A DNA stretch of 33,541 nucleotides, from positions 1 through 33,541 of the forward strand of contig MU004191.1 in NCBI GenBank assembly GCA_010093605.1, given 5' to 3'. Position 1 is the first letter of the stretch, and each line of letters starts with the position of its first letter. The notes below the pieces were generated by a model, which was not told the origin of the DNA, ran no database searches, and was given only the letters and a program-made list of their open reading frames with translations. Shown here one piece after another: positions 13,012 to 25,044 of the stretch. Made by a program: the position numbers and the translations under genes. The stretch is from Lophium mytilinum. Lineage: Eukaryota.

Positions 13012-13902
13012 TAAAAGTAAAGAAAAATACTAGAATAAAAGAGTAGTTCTATTTATAATATAGAGACTATTTATAACTATAAGAAGAAGGAAAGTTATAT
13101 TAAAAGTAATAAATAGTAAGACTATAACCCCTTAAGAATTACTATTCTTACTAATAATAAGCAGGTCTAAATATATTACTAATAAACTAGAAAGTATAAC
13201 TATAATACCTAAATTACCTTCCGCCGCCTAGTATATAGAAGACTTAATAATAATATATATAAATAACCCTCCTTCTAGTTAGTTTAGGTATTATATAATA
13301 ATATACGCTTTAGAGAACTATAGATAGAATAAAGTTGCATATAGTATATTAATAGATAGGGTCTATAGAGAGGACTTAGCCTAGCTATATAACTAATATT
13401 AGTAAAGAAAGTTAAATTATAGGGTATATAATAGTAGATTCTTTACTATAAAAAAGATAGAGAGTATATACTAATAGTATAGATATAATAGAGCGGCATT
13501 AGAATATAATTACCCTCCCTAACTATATAAACTACGGTGGATAAGACCGCCCTCTATAATATAGATAAATAAAATAAATATTATATTACGCATAAGATAC
13601 GTAAGGCATAGTTATAGTAGTAAATATTACGCTATATTCTATAGTTAAGTAAGCCGCTATCTAGAGGCTAAATATAAACTAGAAGATTTTAAGGGTATAA
13701 AGTATACTACTACTATAGAGTAGTGCTAACTATTAGAGGGTAGGGAATAGAATATAAGTAAGAAATTAGAATAGTAAAAAGTTAGTAGTACTAAGTAAGT
13801 AGGTGCAAACTAATAGTAAGAAAAGTAGTCCTAATTAGAACCGTTAGAAAGAAAAAGAAAAAGATATTAAGAGATACTAAACTAAATCTAAAAAGTAGAG
13901 TA

Positions 13903-13937
13903 AGGGCCTCTATAAAAAGCCTTTCTATAAAGACTCT
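13903..13937. repeat. Dispersed palindrome copy 3
   Basis: agggcctctataaaaag-c-ctttctataaagactct. Confidence 0.75.
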
Positions 13938-14810
13938 ACTAGTTATACCTTACTATTAGACTTCTCTAGCGCTATACTAGTTCCCTTTAATTTACTACTA
14001 TCTTCTTTACTATTAGGGTTAGTATCTGCACCTAATACCGCGGGCGGTTAGCTAATATTAGGATTATTCTTCCGCCTGCGTAGGTTTATTTTTAGTCTAG
14101 TAGAGTTTATAGACTTCTACGCGGCAGCTTTCTTCTTAGTAGCCTTTCTTTTGCGCTAAAAGTACTACTTAGTAATCTCTTTCTCTATTATATACTTATA
14201 TAGATAATATATAAGAAATTTAGATATAGGATCTTTCTTAGCTACTTTATTCTTCTTTATAGTAGGCTTTTTTTTTGCGCCTTAGCGCTTCTAACTCTTA
14301 TTAGTATTACTAGAGGATATAGTCTTTAAGGTTAGCTGCAAGGCCCCTTCTATAAATTCTAGCGGGTTGTCTAAGTTACTACTATAGTTGCTGTTACGCT
14401 TAAAGGCAACTTTAGATAGCGTAGTATTAAAATCCGGGTAATTATTAAGATACCTTTTATTTTACTTATTAGTCTTAGACGGAACGTTCTCTATATTAAT
14501 GTTAGGGGTTTTAATATTCTTTTTATTCTACTTATTACTCTTAGTCTAGTTATTATCTATATTAATATTAGCTTTTAGTAGTAAATAAAAAACTAGATTA
14601 TTTATAGAATTCTATAAGAAGATAGTAGATATTCTACGCTACCTCTTCTTCTATATATTAGATAACAGGATAGAGTCTATAGAAGGGGTTCTAATAAGGC
14701 GTCTATTAAAAGTACTAAGAGGGCTAGAAGGTAGAGTTAAAGTGGGTTAACGGGTAGAAGTAGAAGCTACTATAATAGTTAGCACTTAAGTAATATAATA
14801 GGCGATGCTA

Positions 14811-15297
14811 AAGGGCCCTAGTAGGAAGGCTTTCTAAAAAGGCCCTAGGATAAATTCTTATCTATATACTTTATAAGGAATAAAGTATTATTTTTATACT
14901 CTTTACCTTTAGAGTTATTACTATTTAGCCTACTAAAAGAATTATTGCCGTCTATATTACTAAAAATAGCGGGTACTTAATATAAAGAGTTACGCTCTAG
15001 CCTATATTAATAGATAAAAGGGGTATAAGCCTTTCTAGTAGCGCTCTTTATAGGGGTAGGTATATTAGATTTAGTAGAATTTAAGTCTTTAACTGTAATA
15101 GTAGACTTAGGGTTAGGCTTACGCTTTTTAATAGTAGCTGCTAGTATAGTACTAGCTTTACGCTTCTACTTTAAAGCTTTACTATTTTATTACTCTAGCA
15201 TCTTTAGCTTTAGCTTTAGGGTAGCTTTTACTATAAAATACAGATTAGTAAAGTATAAAGAGGCAAGTAGAGCCCTAGTAGAAAGCCTTTCCGCTAG
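14811..15297. repeat. Dispersed palindrome copies 4-6
   Basis: 14811-14846 aagggccctagtaggaag-g-ctttctaaaaaggccct; half copy ~15027-15048 aagcctttctagtagcgctctt; 15270-15297 gagccctagtagaaag-c-ctttccgctag. Confidence 0.8.
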
Positions 15298-16613
15298 AAT
15301 CTATAAGGGTAAACTTACTGCTTGCAGGATAATACTTAAGCCTTAAATCTAGCTTATTAATACGCAGTTTCTTAGGCGCTCTACTTACACCCTTCTTCTA
15401 CTCTTCTTCTAATTCTAATTTAGTAAATTTATATACTTGTTCTTCTTAAAACTTATTACTAAATCTACTAGACTAAAAAGTTATATTACCTTATATAAGG
15501 GTTATTAGAAATATAAGAATATTTTATAGAGAGTTAAAGCGCTTAATATATAATTCTACTAGTATATTTAAAATATCTATTTCGCCTGTAATAAGGCGGG
15601 GTGCAATACTCTTATTATTATAGGTTACCTACGCATACTAGCTATCTAGGGTTAGCTTTTCCTTAGAGGTCCCCTCTACCTTAATCTAGTTAGTATTTAA
15701 CGCAGTAGCAAGACCGGGAAGCGCTATCTGCACCTGGCGCAAGAGAGTAAAGGCATTAAATATATTCTAGATAAAGAACGCGGTTACTATAATAGTAAAC
15801 TTCTAGCTAATCCTATATAAACGCGCTATCGCCTGCTTCTTAATCTAAATAGAGCCTGCAGGGTTAAAAAGATATATATTATAATAAGTAGACTATAGAT
15901 TAAGCTTAGCTTTATTAGCCTAGTAACTAGTAATAAGGATCTTTACTTTAGAGTTGGGGTTGTTAAATAATAAGATAAGGTTATTCTAGTTAGTAGTAGA
16001 GAGATTAGAGGCTAGTATATAAGCATTTATTTTATAATAGTTAATAATCTTAGCAAGAATTATTTACTTATCTAGGTAGTTAGTCTAGATAATAACCTTC
16101 TCTATACGCTTAATAACGTTATTAGCTAAATAGTATAGTAGTGCAGCTACTTTAGGGGCATTATAGATAAAAAGGGCAATAATATAATAAAAGGGTGCGG
16201 ACTTTACTTTAAAGTCTTTCTAATTAGAGTTAGTTTAGACATTCTTATTCCGGGTAATTTGCTTTATTATGCCTTATAAAATATCTATTTCCTTTAACTA
16301 GTAACCGCTATTATTCTTAAGAGGGATAATTTTCGGGCCGTTTTTAATCTTATTACCCTCTAAATCTAAAACCTTCTCTTATAGATATGCTATTATAGCG
16401 CGCTTAAAGTAGACTAAAAATAGCATAGTACTTATAAGGTTAAGAGCACGTATAGAGCATGCGTTAAATATATAGGTGCGCTAGCCTATATAGTTCTTAG
16501 TAAAAACTATTAATAACTTAAGGTAGCTTAGTAATTTATTAGTATAGATAATATAGCCTAGTTTTATAGGCTATAGCTTAATTACTTGCGTAACTAACCG
16601 CGGAAGTAATCCT

Positions 16614-16686
16614 CTAATTTAGGTGGCAGGATTAGTAGAATTATTTAGGCATGTAGAAGGGTATAAGTAAGTAATTATATACTTAC
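16614..16686 (-). other. Spliceosomal intron (73 nt) in the SNF2 relic
   Basis: GTAAGT donor at 16686, CTAAT branch-like site, TAG acceptor at 16614. Removing it joins the frame of motifs I/II to that of motif VI and yields GLLPRLVTQVI, resembling the SNF2 LPP linker. Confidence 0.75.
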
Positions 16687-16763
16687 TAAAAATTAAGCGT
16701 AAATAAAGCCCCTATATAATTCTAGAGAAATATTAGAAAATTAAAGTAAATAAGAGGAGAGAT

Positions 16764-16800
16764 AAGGGCTCTAGCTGGAAGCCTTTCTGCTAGGGCCCTT
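16764..16800. repeat. Dispersed palindrome copy 7 (inside helicase exon)
   Basis: aagggctctagctggaag-c-ctttctgctagggccctt. Confidence 0.85.
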
Positions 16801-17580
16801 TATATAATAACTTACGGGTTAAATAAAGGCAGAATAAAATTTTTAAAAGCCTTGCGTGTATACTAGAAAATTATACCTAAATAGTTATTAGAAAGCTTAA
16901 ATAGATTATTAGTACCCGGAATAAACTTAGCTTTACCGGGTTTTAAGCGGTACATGCAGAATTATAGATACTTATCTCTTAGTTCTATAAAAGATATATA
17001 AGTAGGTATATTAGTAATACCTATATATAGCGGGGTTCTACTATAGAGTATAGTAAAGTCTAAGTAAAGCTATAATATAGTTAGGTAGAGATTTACTTAG
17101 TTACTTTTAATAAGCTAGCACTTATCTATAAATTAGACGTTAAAATAGCTACTTAAGAGACCGGGCTAGGTAGAGCTTAGGTAATATTTAACTTAGTTCT
17201 TTAGCTTAGTAAGATTATTATTGCTATACTACTTTAATGCGGGCTAGAAACCGTGCTAACCGGCTATTACCTAATAGCTAGCAATTATAATACTCTTAGT
17301 ATTTGCCTTATTTTTAGTATTAAATAAGAGATAGTCCCTAGTTAAGGTATTATATAGAAACGTAGCACTATAGAAAGTAACTTAGCCCTTTAATAAATAG
17401 ATATAGAGCTTAAGTTTAGAACTAAACTTTATAAGTTTATTTGCTATTTAGTATACTAAAATAGAAGGTATAAGAAAAAGAAAGGGCTTTACCGGCCTAG
17501 GGTCTTTCTTATCCGCAACTTTACGCTAGCGCTTAGTAATAAGCTATAATTAAATTAGTAGATACTAAGAGAAACTATTA

Positions 17581-18412
17581 GAGGGGTAGTAGAAAGGCTT
17601 CCTATTAATACTCTTTAAAGAGAAATTACTTATATATCTAATAAGGGTAGCCATTAAAAATATCTTTCTAATGCTAACCTTATCTATAATTAAAGCCCTA
17701 CTAAGAAAGCCTTTCTATATAATATAGTATATATAGTAAGCCCCGGTAATCTACTACTACCTTAAGTAAATATTGCTATTTATTATAATAAGGCGAGGTT
17801 TCTAATAGTTATAAATGCGTAGGGCCTTTATTACTTCTTTAAGGTTATCTAGCTAATAGGCTTTATTAGTTATTAGAAGGCGGAGTATACTCTACGTTGT
17901 AAGATCTACCGCAGTTAGTATAGTAAAGGGGATAATATTCTTTATATTAATAGCGGTAGCCCTTATATTAGCCTCTATATCTTAGGTATATTTAATACTA
18001 TCTAGATTAGCATACTTATTCTTATTTAGATCTATAGCGCGCATGTTTAGGTGCTATTTAATGGTATATATAAAATCTTCTACTATCTATCTAATTACCC
18101 AATATATATTATATTAAAACTTTAATAAGTTCTAGTTAATTATTACTCTAGTGCGCTTAGTATGCGTAATTACTAACTTAAGCTTCTATTTTATAGTGCC
18201 GGTAATATACTTAGCGCTAGTAATATTAATATTACCTTTCTTCTTATTAACTAGGTTTATAGTAATTTCCTCTTTAAATAACTCCTAGATAGAGTTATCT
18301 ACGTTAACCTCTATATTAATGGCCGTAAGTTCCTCCTTAGTAAAATAAGAGGGCGACTACTAATAGAGAGGCCTAGAAGGGCCTTAACGGGAAGGCTTTC
18401 TATTAATATTCT
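17581..18412. repeat. Dispersed palindrome copies 8-10 (within helicase gene)
   Basis: 17581-17614 ...tagtagaaag-g-cttcctatta...; 17693-17720 with core agaaag-c-ctttct (17704-17716) directly upstream of Walker A codons; 18377-18412 aagggccttaacgggaag-g-ctttctattaatattctt. Confidence 0.75.
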
Positions 18413-19387
18413 TACTGCTATAAGTAATAGTTTTAGCCGGGGTCTTAGGTGCCGGTGCTAGACTAAGCTTTATTTTTTAAAGAATATTCTATATCTTAAT
18501 TTAGTTCTTAGTATAGGTAGTTCTACTAGCTTAAGACGGGCCACTCTTAAATTCTATATTTTTCTTTAATTTAAAGAAGATTCTAAGCGCTTTATTATTA
18601 GTAATATTAGCGCGGTTATATAAAAACCTACTAAACCGCTTCTAGTAGTAATTAAAGTATTAACTAATAAATTAAGCTACCTAATCTATAGGTTTATAGT
18701 TATCTATCTTAAGCTAAGGAGTAGTATATTACTATAGATTATGCAACTTACTAGTCTTAAAAGTATTTAGAATAGTAGTAAAACTAGCCCCTTAATTCTA
18801 ACTATATATAGCGCGCTTTAGGTCTAAATACCTATTCTTATACTTATTCTAAATTACTTAGAAATTAGGCTTAGCTAGAATTGCTTTAAGTTCTGCTTTT
18901 ATTTAACTATAAAGCTTAGCTAACTTTATTCTACTAGTATATAGCGTGTTTACTAAGGCCTATAACTTTTCTAACTCTTTATCTTTTCTACTACTAGTAA
19001 CTAGCGCTTAAAGCTTTTCTTACTCTTTATTAGAGTTCTTAGGGATATTAAAGTTATTACTATAGTTATTACTATCTAAATAAACTACTTTACTATTTAC
19101 TAATGTAAGCATCTCTAGATCTATTATAGTAGCTAGCTAATTACGCTTTAAATTAATATAGGCATTAACCCTTAATTTAGTAACTAGTAGAGAGGTAGAA
19201 TTTAGATCTTCTAGCACTTTAGAAGAAGTGGATTATTTCTTATAGCTATCTACTAGGTTAGTTGCAGGTAATATGTGTAGGGATGCAACCTTTACTGCTG
19301 CTTTACTAGGGTCCCTATTACTTAAGATATTTATAGCTAGCCTATTAATATATTAGCTTATCTTAAATAATAGAAGAAAGGAGGCAG

Positions 19388-19560
19388 GTAAAGGGCTCTA
19401 GTAGAAAGGCTTTCTACTAAAACCCTTTACACTATGCTTAGTATTTTTAGTATTATTATTTTCTTAATATTTTCTACCGCCGCATCTTTAAAATTAAGGT
19501 AGACTAATCTATTAAGACTAGTAAAGGGCCCTAGCAGGAAGCCTTTCTATAATAATTCTT
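19388..19560. repeat. Dispersed palindrome copies 11-12
   Basis: 19388-19430 gtaaagggctctagtagaaag-g-ctttctactaaaaccctttac (43 bp, near perfect); 19521-19560 gtaaagggccctagcaggaag-c-ctttctataat. Confidence 0.85.
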
Positions 19561-20010
19561 ATAATACGCTTATTTTACTCTACTCTTAGAGAAATTACAA
19601 TAGAATAAACCTATTAGTAGAATTAGCTATAATATAACTTAATTTTACCTACTAGATAGTAAACTTACTAAAAGGCTTAACTGCTAGCTAAAAAGACGCC
19701 TAAAATAAGCTAATTGCGGCTCTAATATAGCTAGAAAGCTGCTAACTATTATCTAGTAAGTAAGAAACTAGCGCGTAACTATTCTACAGGTAGCTAGATA
19801 AGTAGAAGTAATAGGGGTGCAGTAGTATAGAAGGAGAGGTTAGTATAAAAGTAAAGAAGTTAAAGCTACTAGGCGGTAGATAAGTTTATAGGCGGCCGGG
19901 CTAATAGCCGCCGGCCGCTAAGACGCTAAGCCTTTAATAGTAAACTGCTTAAGTTAACTCTTAAGATTAATATAATAGCTATATATTATATAAGGTTAAA
20001 ATATTATAGG

Positions 20011-20230
20011 TATTATAGTATAATAGCGGATTATAAGAGAAGACCTAATATTAGTATATATAGACGAAGTAACTATAAGAAAGAAAGAAGGGCGCGGAGC
20101 GCCGGCTAAAAGGTAGGCGAGGCTAGCACTAAGCCTGGTTATGTAATAGTAATTATATGCTAGAGGGCATATAACGCCGTTACGTGTATTAGAAACGTAT
20201 CGCGATAGGGGTTGCGTTATAGCTATAATA
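20011..20230 (-). repeat. 3' LTR of element 2
   Basis: Colinear with 28075-28294. Confidence 0.95.
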
Positions 20231-20244
20231 CTACCCCCCCTCTA
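20231..20244 (-). other. Polypurine tract of element 2
   Basis: Minus strand tagagggggggtag immediately before the 3' LTR. Confidence 0.85.
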
Positions 20245-20639
20245 AAAGGAACTATATATAGAGCTCCTTCTAGTATTATACTTTAGCCTTTCTATTTTAT
20301 ACTTACTATACGCAAGTACTTCTTTCTAATTAGTTTCTCTTTAATTAGTCTTTCTATTAATCGTGCAGTCTTACTATAATTCTCTATAACCCTTTAGTCT
20401 TTTTATATAGTATTATAAGTTATTAGTATTATAAGCTATAGGTGTTATAATCTATAGGTGCCGTGCAGGCATAATATAAATTAGTATAGGAGTTTTAAAC
20501 TTATAAACCTTTATATTACTTATTACCTAGCAGTCTACTAGGTTAGCGTCTTCTAACTAGAGAAGTTAGTAATTACTTAGCTAGCTAGCGCTAGTTAGCT
20601 TTAGTAATATCTAGCTTAAGGTCTACTTCTATAGTCTTA

Positions 20640-23600
20640 ATATAATTGTAGCTAGCAGGGGTTTCTAGTGCTTAGGTTTCTTAAAAGACTTATAAGGTCT
20701 AGTAGCGTTAGAGTATTAATAATAGTAGTCCATTATAACGTTACGGTAATTAAACGTGCTTTTGTATAATTTCCACTTAGGTTTAGCGTTCTAGTTAGGG
20801 TAACTAGTGTAGTAGATCTTATACTGTAAAAGGCCTTTAGTGCCTATAGTAGAATTAACTATTACTTTATTAATGCGGGAGTTAATAATATTATCTATAT
20901 CCTATTATTTAAAGCCTTCCTAATTAACTTTAATAGGGCCGGGTTTATTATACGTTTATTCTTTAAGTGGCTCGTAAGTAATTCTATGCAGTAGCTAGGG
21001 ATAGAAGATATTAAATAGTTCTTTTAAGGTTTAGGGCAGAGCGAGTTTATATATAGAGTTATTAATAACGCGTGTAATCTTATATAGCCCTAGTTACTTA
21101 TAGTCTAAAGACTTATTTAGGCGTTAAGTCTTAATATTACGCGCGTTAAGTATAACTTTATCCCCTACTTTAAGCTCTAGTGCTAGTTTGCGTTTTAAAT
21201 TTATATAGTAAGCTTAACGTGCTTATACCTAGATAAGCTTATCTTATAAGAATAGTTATAGCTTATTAATGCGTTTAGCTAGGGCGTTAGCTTTCTTACG
21301 GAGTAATTTCTAAGGGCCTTTAGGCTTAATACTATTATTAGCGGGTTCTAGTCCTAAGTATAGGTTGTAGCCTTTAGTTGCAATAAAAGGTAAGATACTA
21401 GTTATAGTTTTATTGCAGTTAGCTTTAAACTTAGCTATAGGTAGAAGGTCTACCTAATTATTCTATTTATAATTAATATAGGCTTACAGGTATTATTTTA
21501 AAGCTATGTTTACAATTTTAGTTTAGCCGTCCGTTTCTAGGTAAAATAATAATAAGAGCTTTAGCGACGTGCTAATACGGGCGTAGAGGCGTTTCTAGAA
21601 GTATAATATAAACTATGCTTTTTAATTAGATACTATAGTATATAGATAGCCTTCCTTACGCTAGACCTATTTAATAAATGCTTAGATAACTAGCTTAACT
21701 TCTATAGAATTAAGCGGGATAAACTTTCTCTTCTTTAATAGTTAATTAACTATAACTATAATATACTTATATTGCCGGCCCCACCGTTTATAGATAGGTA
21801 GCGGTCCGATAAAATTAACTAAGATATTATGCCAGTAGTAATGTAGAATTAGCAGTAGGTAAAGAAGGCCTTATTTACCTTCTCTAGAGTACTTTAAGCG
21901 GCGATAGATTATGCAAGCGCCTATATACTAATTAACATTAGAGGTTATAAGAGGCTAGTAGTAGTAGTTACTAAGCCTAGCATATATAGAAGTTATTCTA
22001 GCGTAACTAGCTAGTTTAGGTTCGTGCATAGATTAGATAATTATAGTGCGTAGTTTTAGCACTACTAGTATATAGAGCTTCTTCTAAATATAGAGAAAAT
22101 TATTAATTATATTATAATTACTAAGCTTAATTTATAAATAGTAGTCGCGGTAGAATTAAGCTAGTAGTTACTATTTATTACGTTATTTAGCGTACTTAAC
22201 TACTTATATAATAGAATTAGCTTAAGAGGCTTTCTTTACTTATTAGAGGATTTAATTACTAGTTAGAACTAGCTTTAATACGTTATATGGCTCGGTATTA
22301 GAAGCTAGTCTGTTATTAGTATAAGAATTCTTTATCTTATCTCTTACTATAGAGGTAGTCCTAGAATCCTTTATCTTATCTAGGGGCTCTAGTTATAATC
22401 GCGTTTATCTAGTGCGCGTAACTGCAAGTTAAAGTTTATTAGTGTAATTAGGTTAATTAAATTTACTAAAGTTATAAAGTATAGAGGCTAGGTTTATTAC
22501 TATATATTCTAGGGCGTTCTTAGTAAGTATATAGGCTAGGTTAATAGCGTAGTATATATTAGGTTTATAGTTTATAGGTTTAAGCATAACTTATTCTTAA
22601 TACTTATAATAAGCGTTACCTTTAGAGGGCTTATTACTAGGTTATCTAGTAAGAAGATCTAGCTTATTATTAAGCTTTCCCAGCTTATATATAATTTTAA
22701 AGTTAAATTCTACTAAGAACTTAGCCTATCGGGCTTAATAATAGTTAAGTTATTTAGTTGTTATAAACATCTAAAGATTCTTATAATTAGAGATAACGTT
22801 AATAGGGCTGCTGCATTCCTGGCCTTAGCCGGTAAGCTCTAGGCGCTAGTCTTTAAATACTAGAATAATAGCAAGTAGTTCTTTATTATAGATAGCGTAA
22901 TTAATCTACTATAGTATTATTTATTGTAATATAAAGGTAATAGGGCGTAGAGTGCTATCTAGTTAGACTTATAATAATACTGCGGCTATTATATAATCTA
23001 AGGAATTACACTTAATCTATATTTTATAGTTTGGATTCTATAAGGCTAGCTAAGGGGCGTTTTAGAAGTATTTCTTAATCCGGGTAAATGCTTATGCCTT
23101 GTCTCTGTTATCTTTCTAAGGGAATTTAAATAACTTCTTAGCAGAGGACGTAAGTATAGAGAGAGGTGCGGCGAACTTAGAATATCTAGTAATAAAGTAA
23201 TAGTAGAAGTTATAGAAGCCTAGAAAGGCTTAAACATCTTTAAGGTTTCTAGGTATAGGCTAATTAAGTACTATTTAAACCTTATAGGGGTCTATGCAAA
23301 CACTATTAATACCTATAATAATACTAAGATACTTAACTTCCTAGACTGTAAATTCGGACTTGTAAATATTAAGAAAGAGACTAGCGTCTTTAAGTCTTAT
23401 AACTATAGAGATAACATATTTCTTATAATCTTCTAGGTTATTACTAAAGATAAGCACGTTGTCTATATAGGCTGTATAGTACTAGTTAAGATCTTTATAT
23501 AGTATATTATTAATATACGCTTAAAATAAGCTAGGTGTATTATATAAGCTAAATAGTAGAACTATAAACTTAAATAGACCCCATCTTATTAAGAACGCTA

Positions 23601-25044
23601 TTTTATGTTTATTACCTTCTTTAATGCGTAGAGCGTTAAAGGCGCTAATAATATCTAGCTTAGTGTAGTATCTAGCTTTAGCGAGTAAGGCTAATGTATT
23701 CTTAACTAAGAGCGGCATGTTACAGCTCTTAATTATAATATTATTTAGTCCTCTATAGTCTATATAGATATGTAGGCCTCTACTAGGTTTCTTAATAATA
23801 AGAGTTAGGGCGGTAAAGAATAATAAGCTTAGCCAAATAAAGCCTTTAGATTGCATTTTATTAATAAATACTTTAACTACGGCGGCTTAATCTTATAAAA
23901 GACTGTAGACCTTTTATACTAGTAGTTTACTATTAGGCTTAATATTAATTGCGTGGTCTATTTTGCGGTAAGGGGGCAGTATATTTACTGCTTGTGGGTT
24001 CTATGCATTATAGAGGTAGTGGAGCTAATCTAGTAGTAGCTATTTAATCTTATTATTAGTAATAGGTGGTCTATTTATTTTATTAAAGAATTTCCTGTAG
24101 TTAGCGGGGTTAATTATAAAGATATTAGATATAAATGCAGCTTATTTCTAAGCTAGGGAGTTATTTAGCTTATTAAGTCTATAGAGAGCTAGATTATTAG
24201 CTATAGTATAAGTATCTTTATCCTCTTAAGTATTAAGGTAGTAAAGCTTATTAAAGTCTTTATTTTATAGTTAGATAATAGCGTCTTCCTTACCTTTACA
24301 GGTAAGCTTATAATATTTAGCAAGGAAGTTATTAGCTTTAGCTAGGTTAAGGCTAAGCTTGCGGTAATAGTTAATAATTTCGTGTAGGGCACTATTATAT
24401 AGCTTCTTTTCTTTATAGGTAATATATTAGTTACGGCTATTACTCTAAATATATTAACAGCCGTCTATATATAGATAGTGGCTAGCGTAGTAGTTAGAGT
24501 TAAAATCTAGTGCGTGCTCTTTCTATATAGGACTAGGCTTATAGTATTTAAACTAGGGTATACTAAGAATAATATTATAGCTCTAAAGGTTAGTAACGTA
24601 GCACTATAGGTATTTAATATAGGCTCTAAGTAATAGCGTAATTTAAGCCTTATGCGTAACTATAAGCATTAACTAGCTATTAGTAAGGCGTAGTAGTATT
24701 AGCTTTATAATGGGGACTATTATAAGCTTATAGGCTTTTATAAATATTTATAATATAAAAGCTAGATATAAGCAGCCTATATCTATTAAGTACCTACTAT
24801 TAATAATACCGGAGGTAATAGTATAAATTCTGCATTTAAAATTAAGCTATTTTTCTTATGTAACTTTCTTAGAGGAATTAACAGCGCAGGTAGAGAGCTA
24901 GAGTTTATCTAGCTTAGGGGGTGGTTGCTTTAGTTTGCAAATGTAGGCAACTAATGCACTTAGATAAATACCTGCTAGACTCTAACCGTAACTATAGTTA
25001 GAGCCTAGGGAAAATCTATACTATTTAAGTCTAAAGAGTTTCCC
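20640..25044 (-). pseudogene. pol: pol relic of element 2 (protease, RT, RNase H, integrase, chromodomain)
   Basis: Protease LID[T]GC (~24772-24790). RT fragment = supplied ORF 23521-23856 (YIDYRGLN, KLDIISAFNALRI); YIDN<YVDD at 23458-23469. RNase H KCNSLDY<ECDSSDY (~22993-23014). Integrase HEPKLA[G][H] (~22005-22027), ETDG[Q]T (~21520-21537), LG[P]Y (~21082-21094). Chromodomain ~20700-20910 (SRI...GLLQYKI..T[G]YPN[W]NAKPKW). Confidence 0.94.

Larger units (their letters stand above)
13945..19500 (-). pseudogene. SNF2/SWI2-family helicase/ATPase relic (RIP-inactivated; core ~15790-17770, ends approximate)
   Basis: Minus-strand motifs: LR[W][W][Q]ITGA (~17740-17766); motif I ALIID[E]V[G]I[G]K[T] (17661-17696); Ia KPFLFLIPS (~17463-17490); II FID[E]C[Q] (DECQ at 17115-17126); III LYS[G]TP (~17032-17050); IV EKVII[W]T (~16082-16103); V LNL[Q] (~15895-15906); VI QAIARLYRI[G][Q] (15803-15835). 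Confidence 0.9.

Noticed and set aside
13945..19500. RecQ-type telomere-linked helicase (TLH) or Helitron Rep/Hel
   Set aside because: Motifs are SNF2-type (ADExGxGKT, SGTP, LNLQ, QAxxRxxRIGQ), not RecQ or PIF1-like; no HUH Rep motif seen.
23521..23856. Supplied 111-aa ORF as a functional gene
   Set aside because: It is a stop-free fragment of element 2's RT with RIP-altered motifs (LFSLYNTP for PFGLCNAP) and stops before the YxDD motif.
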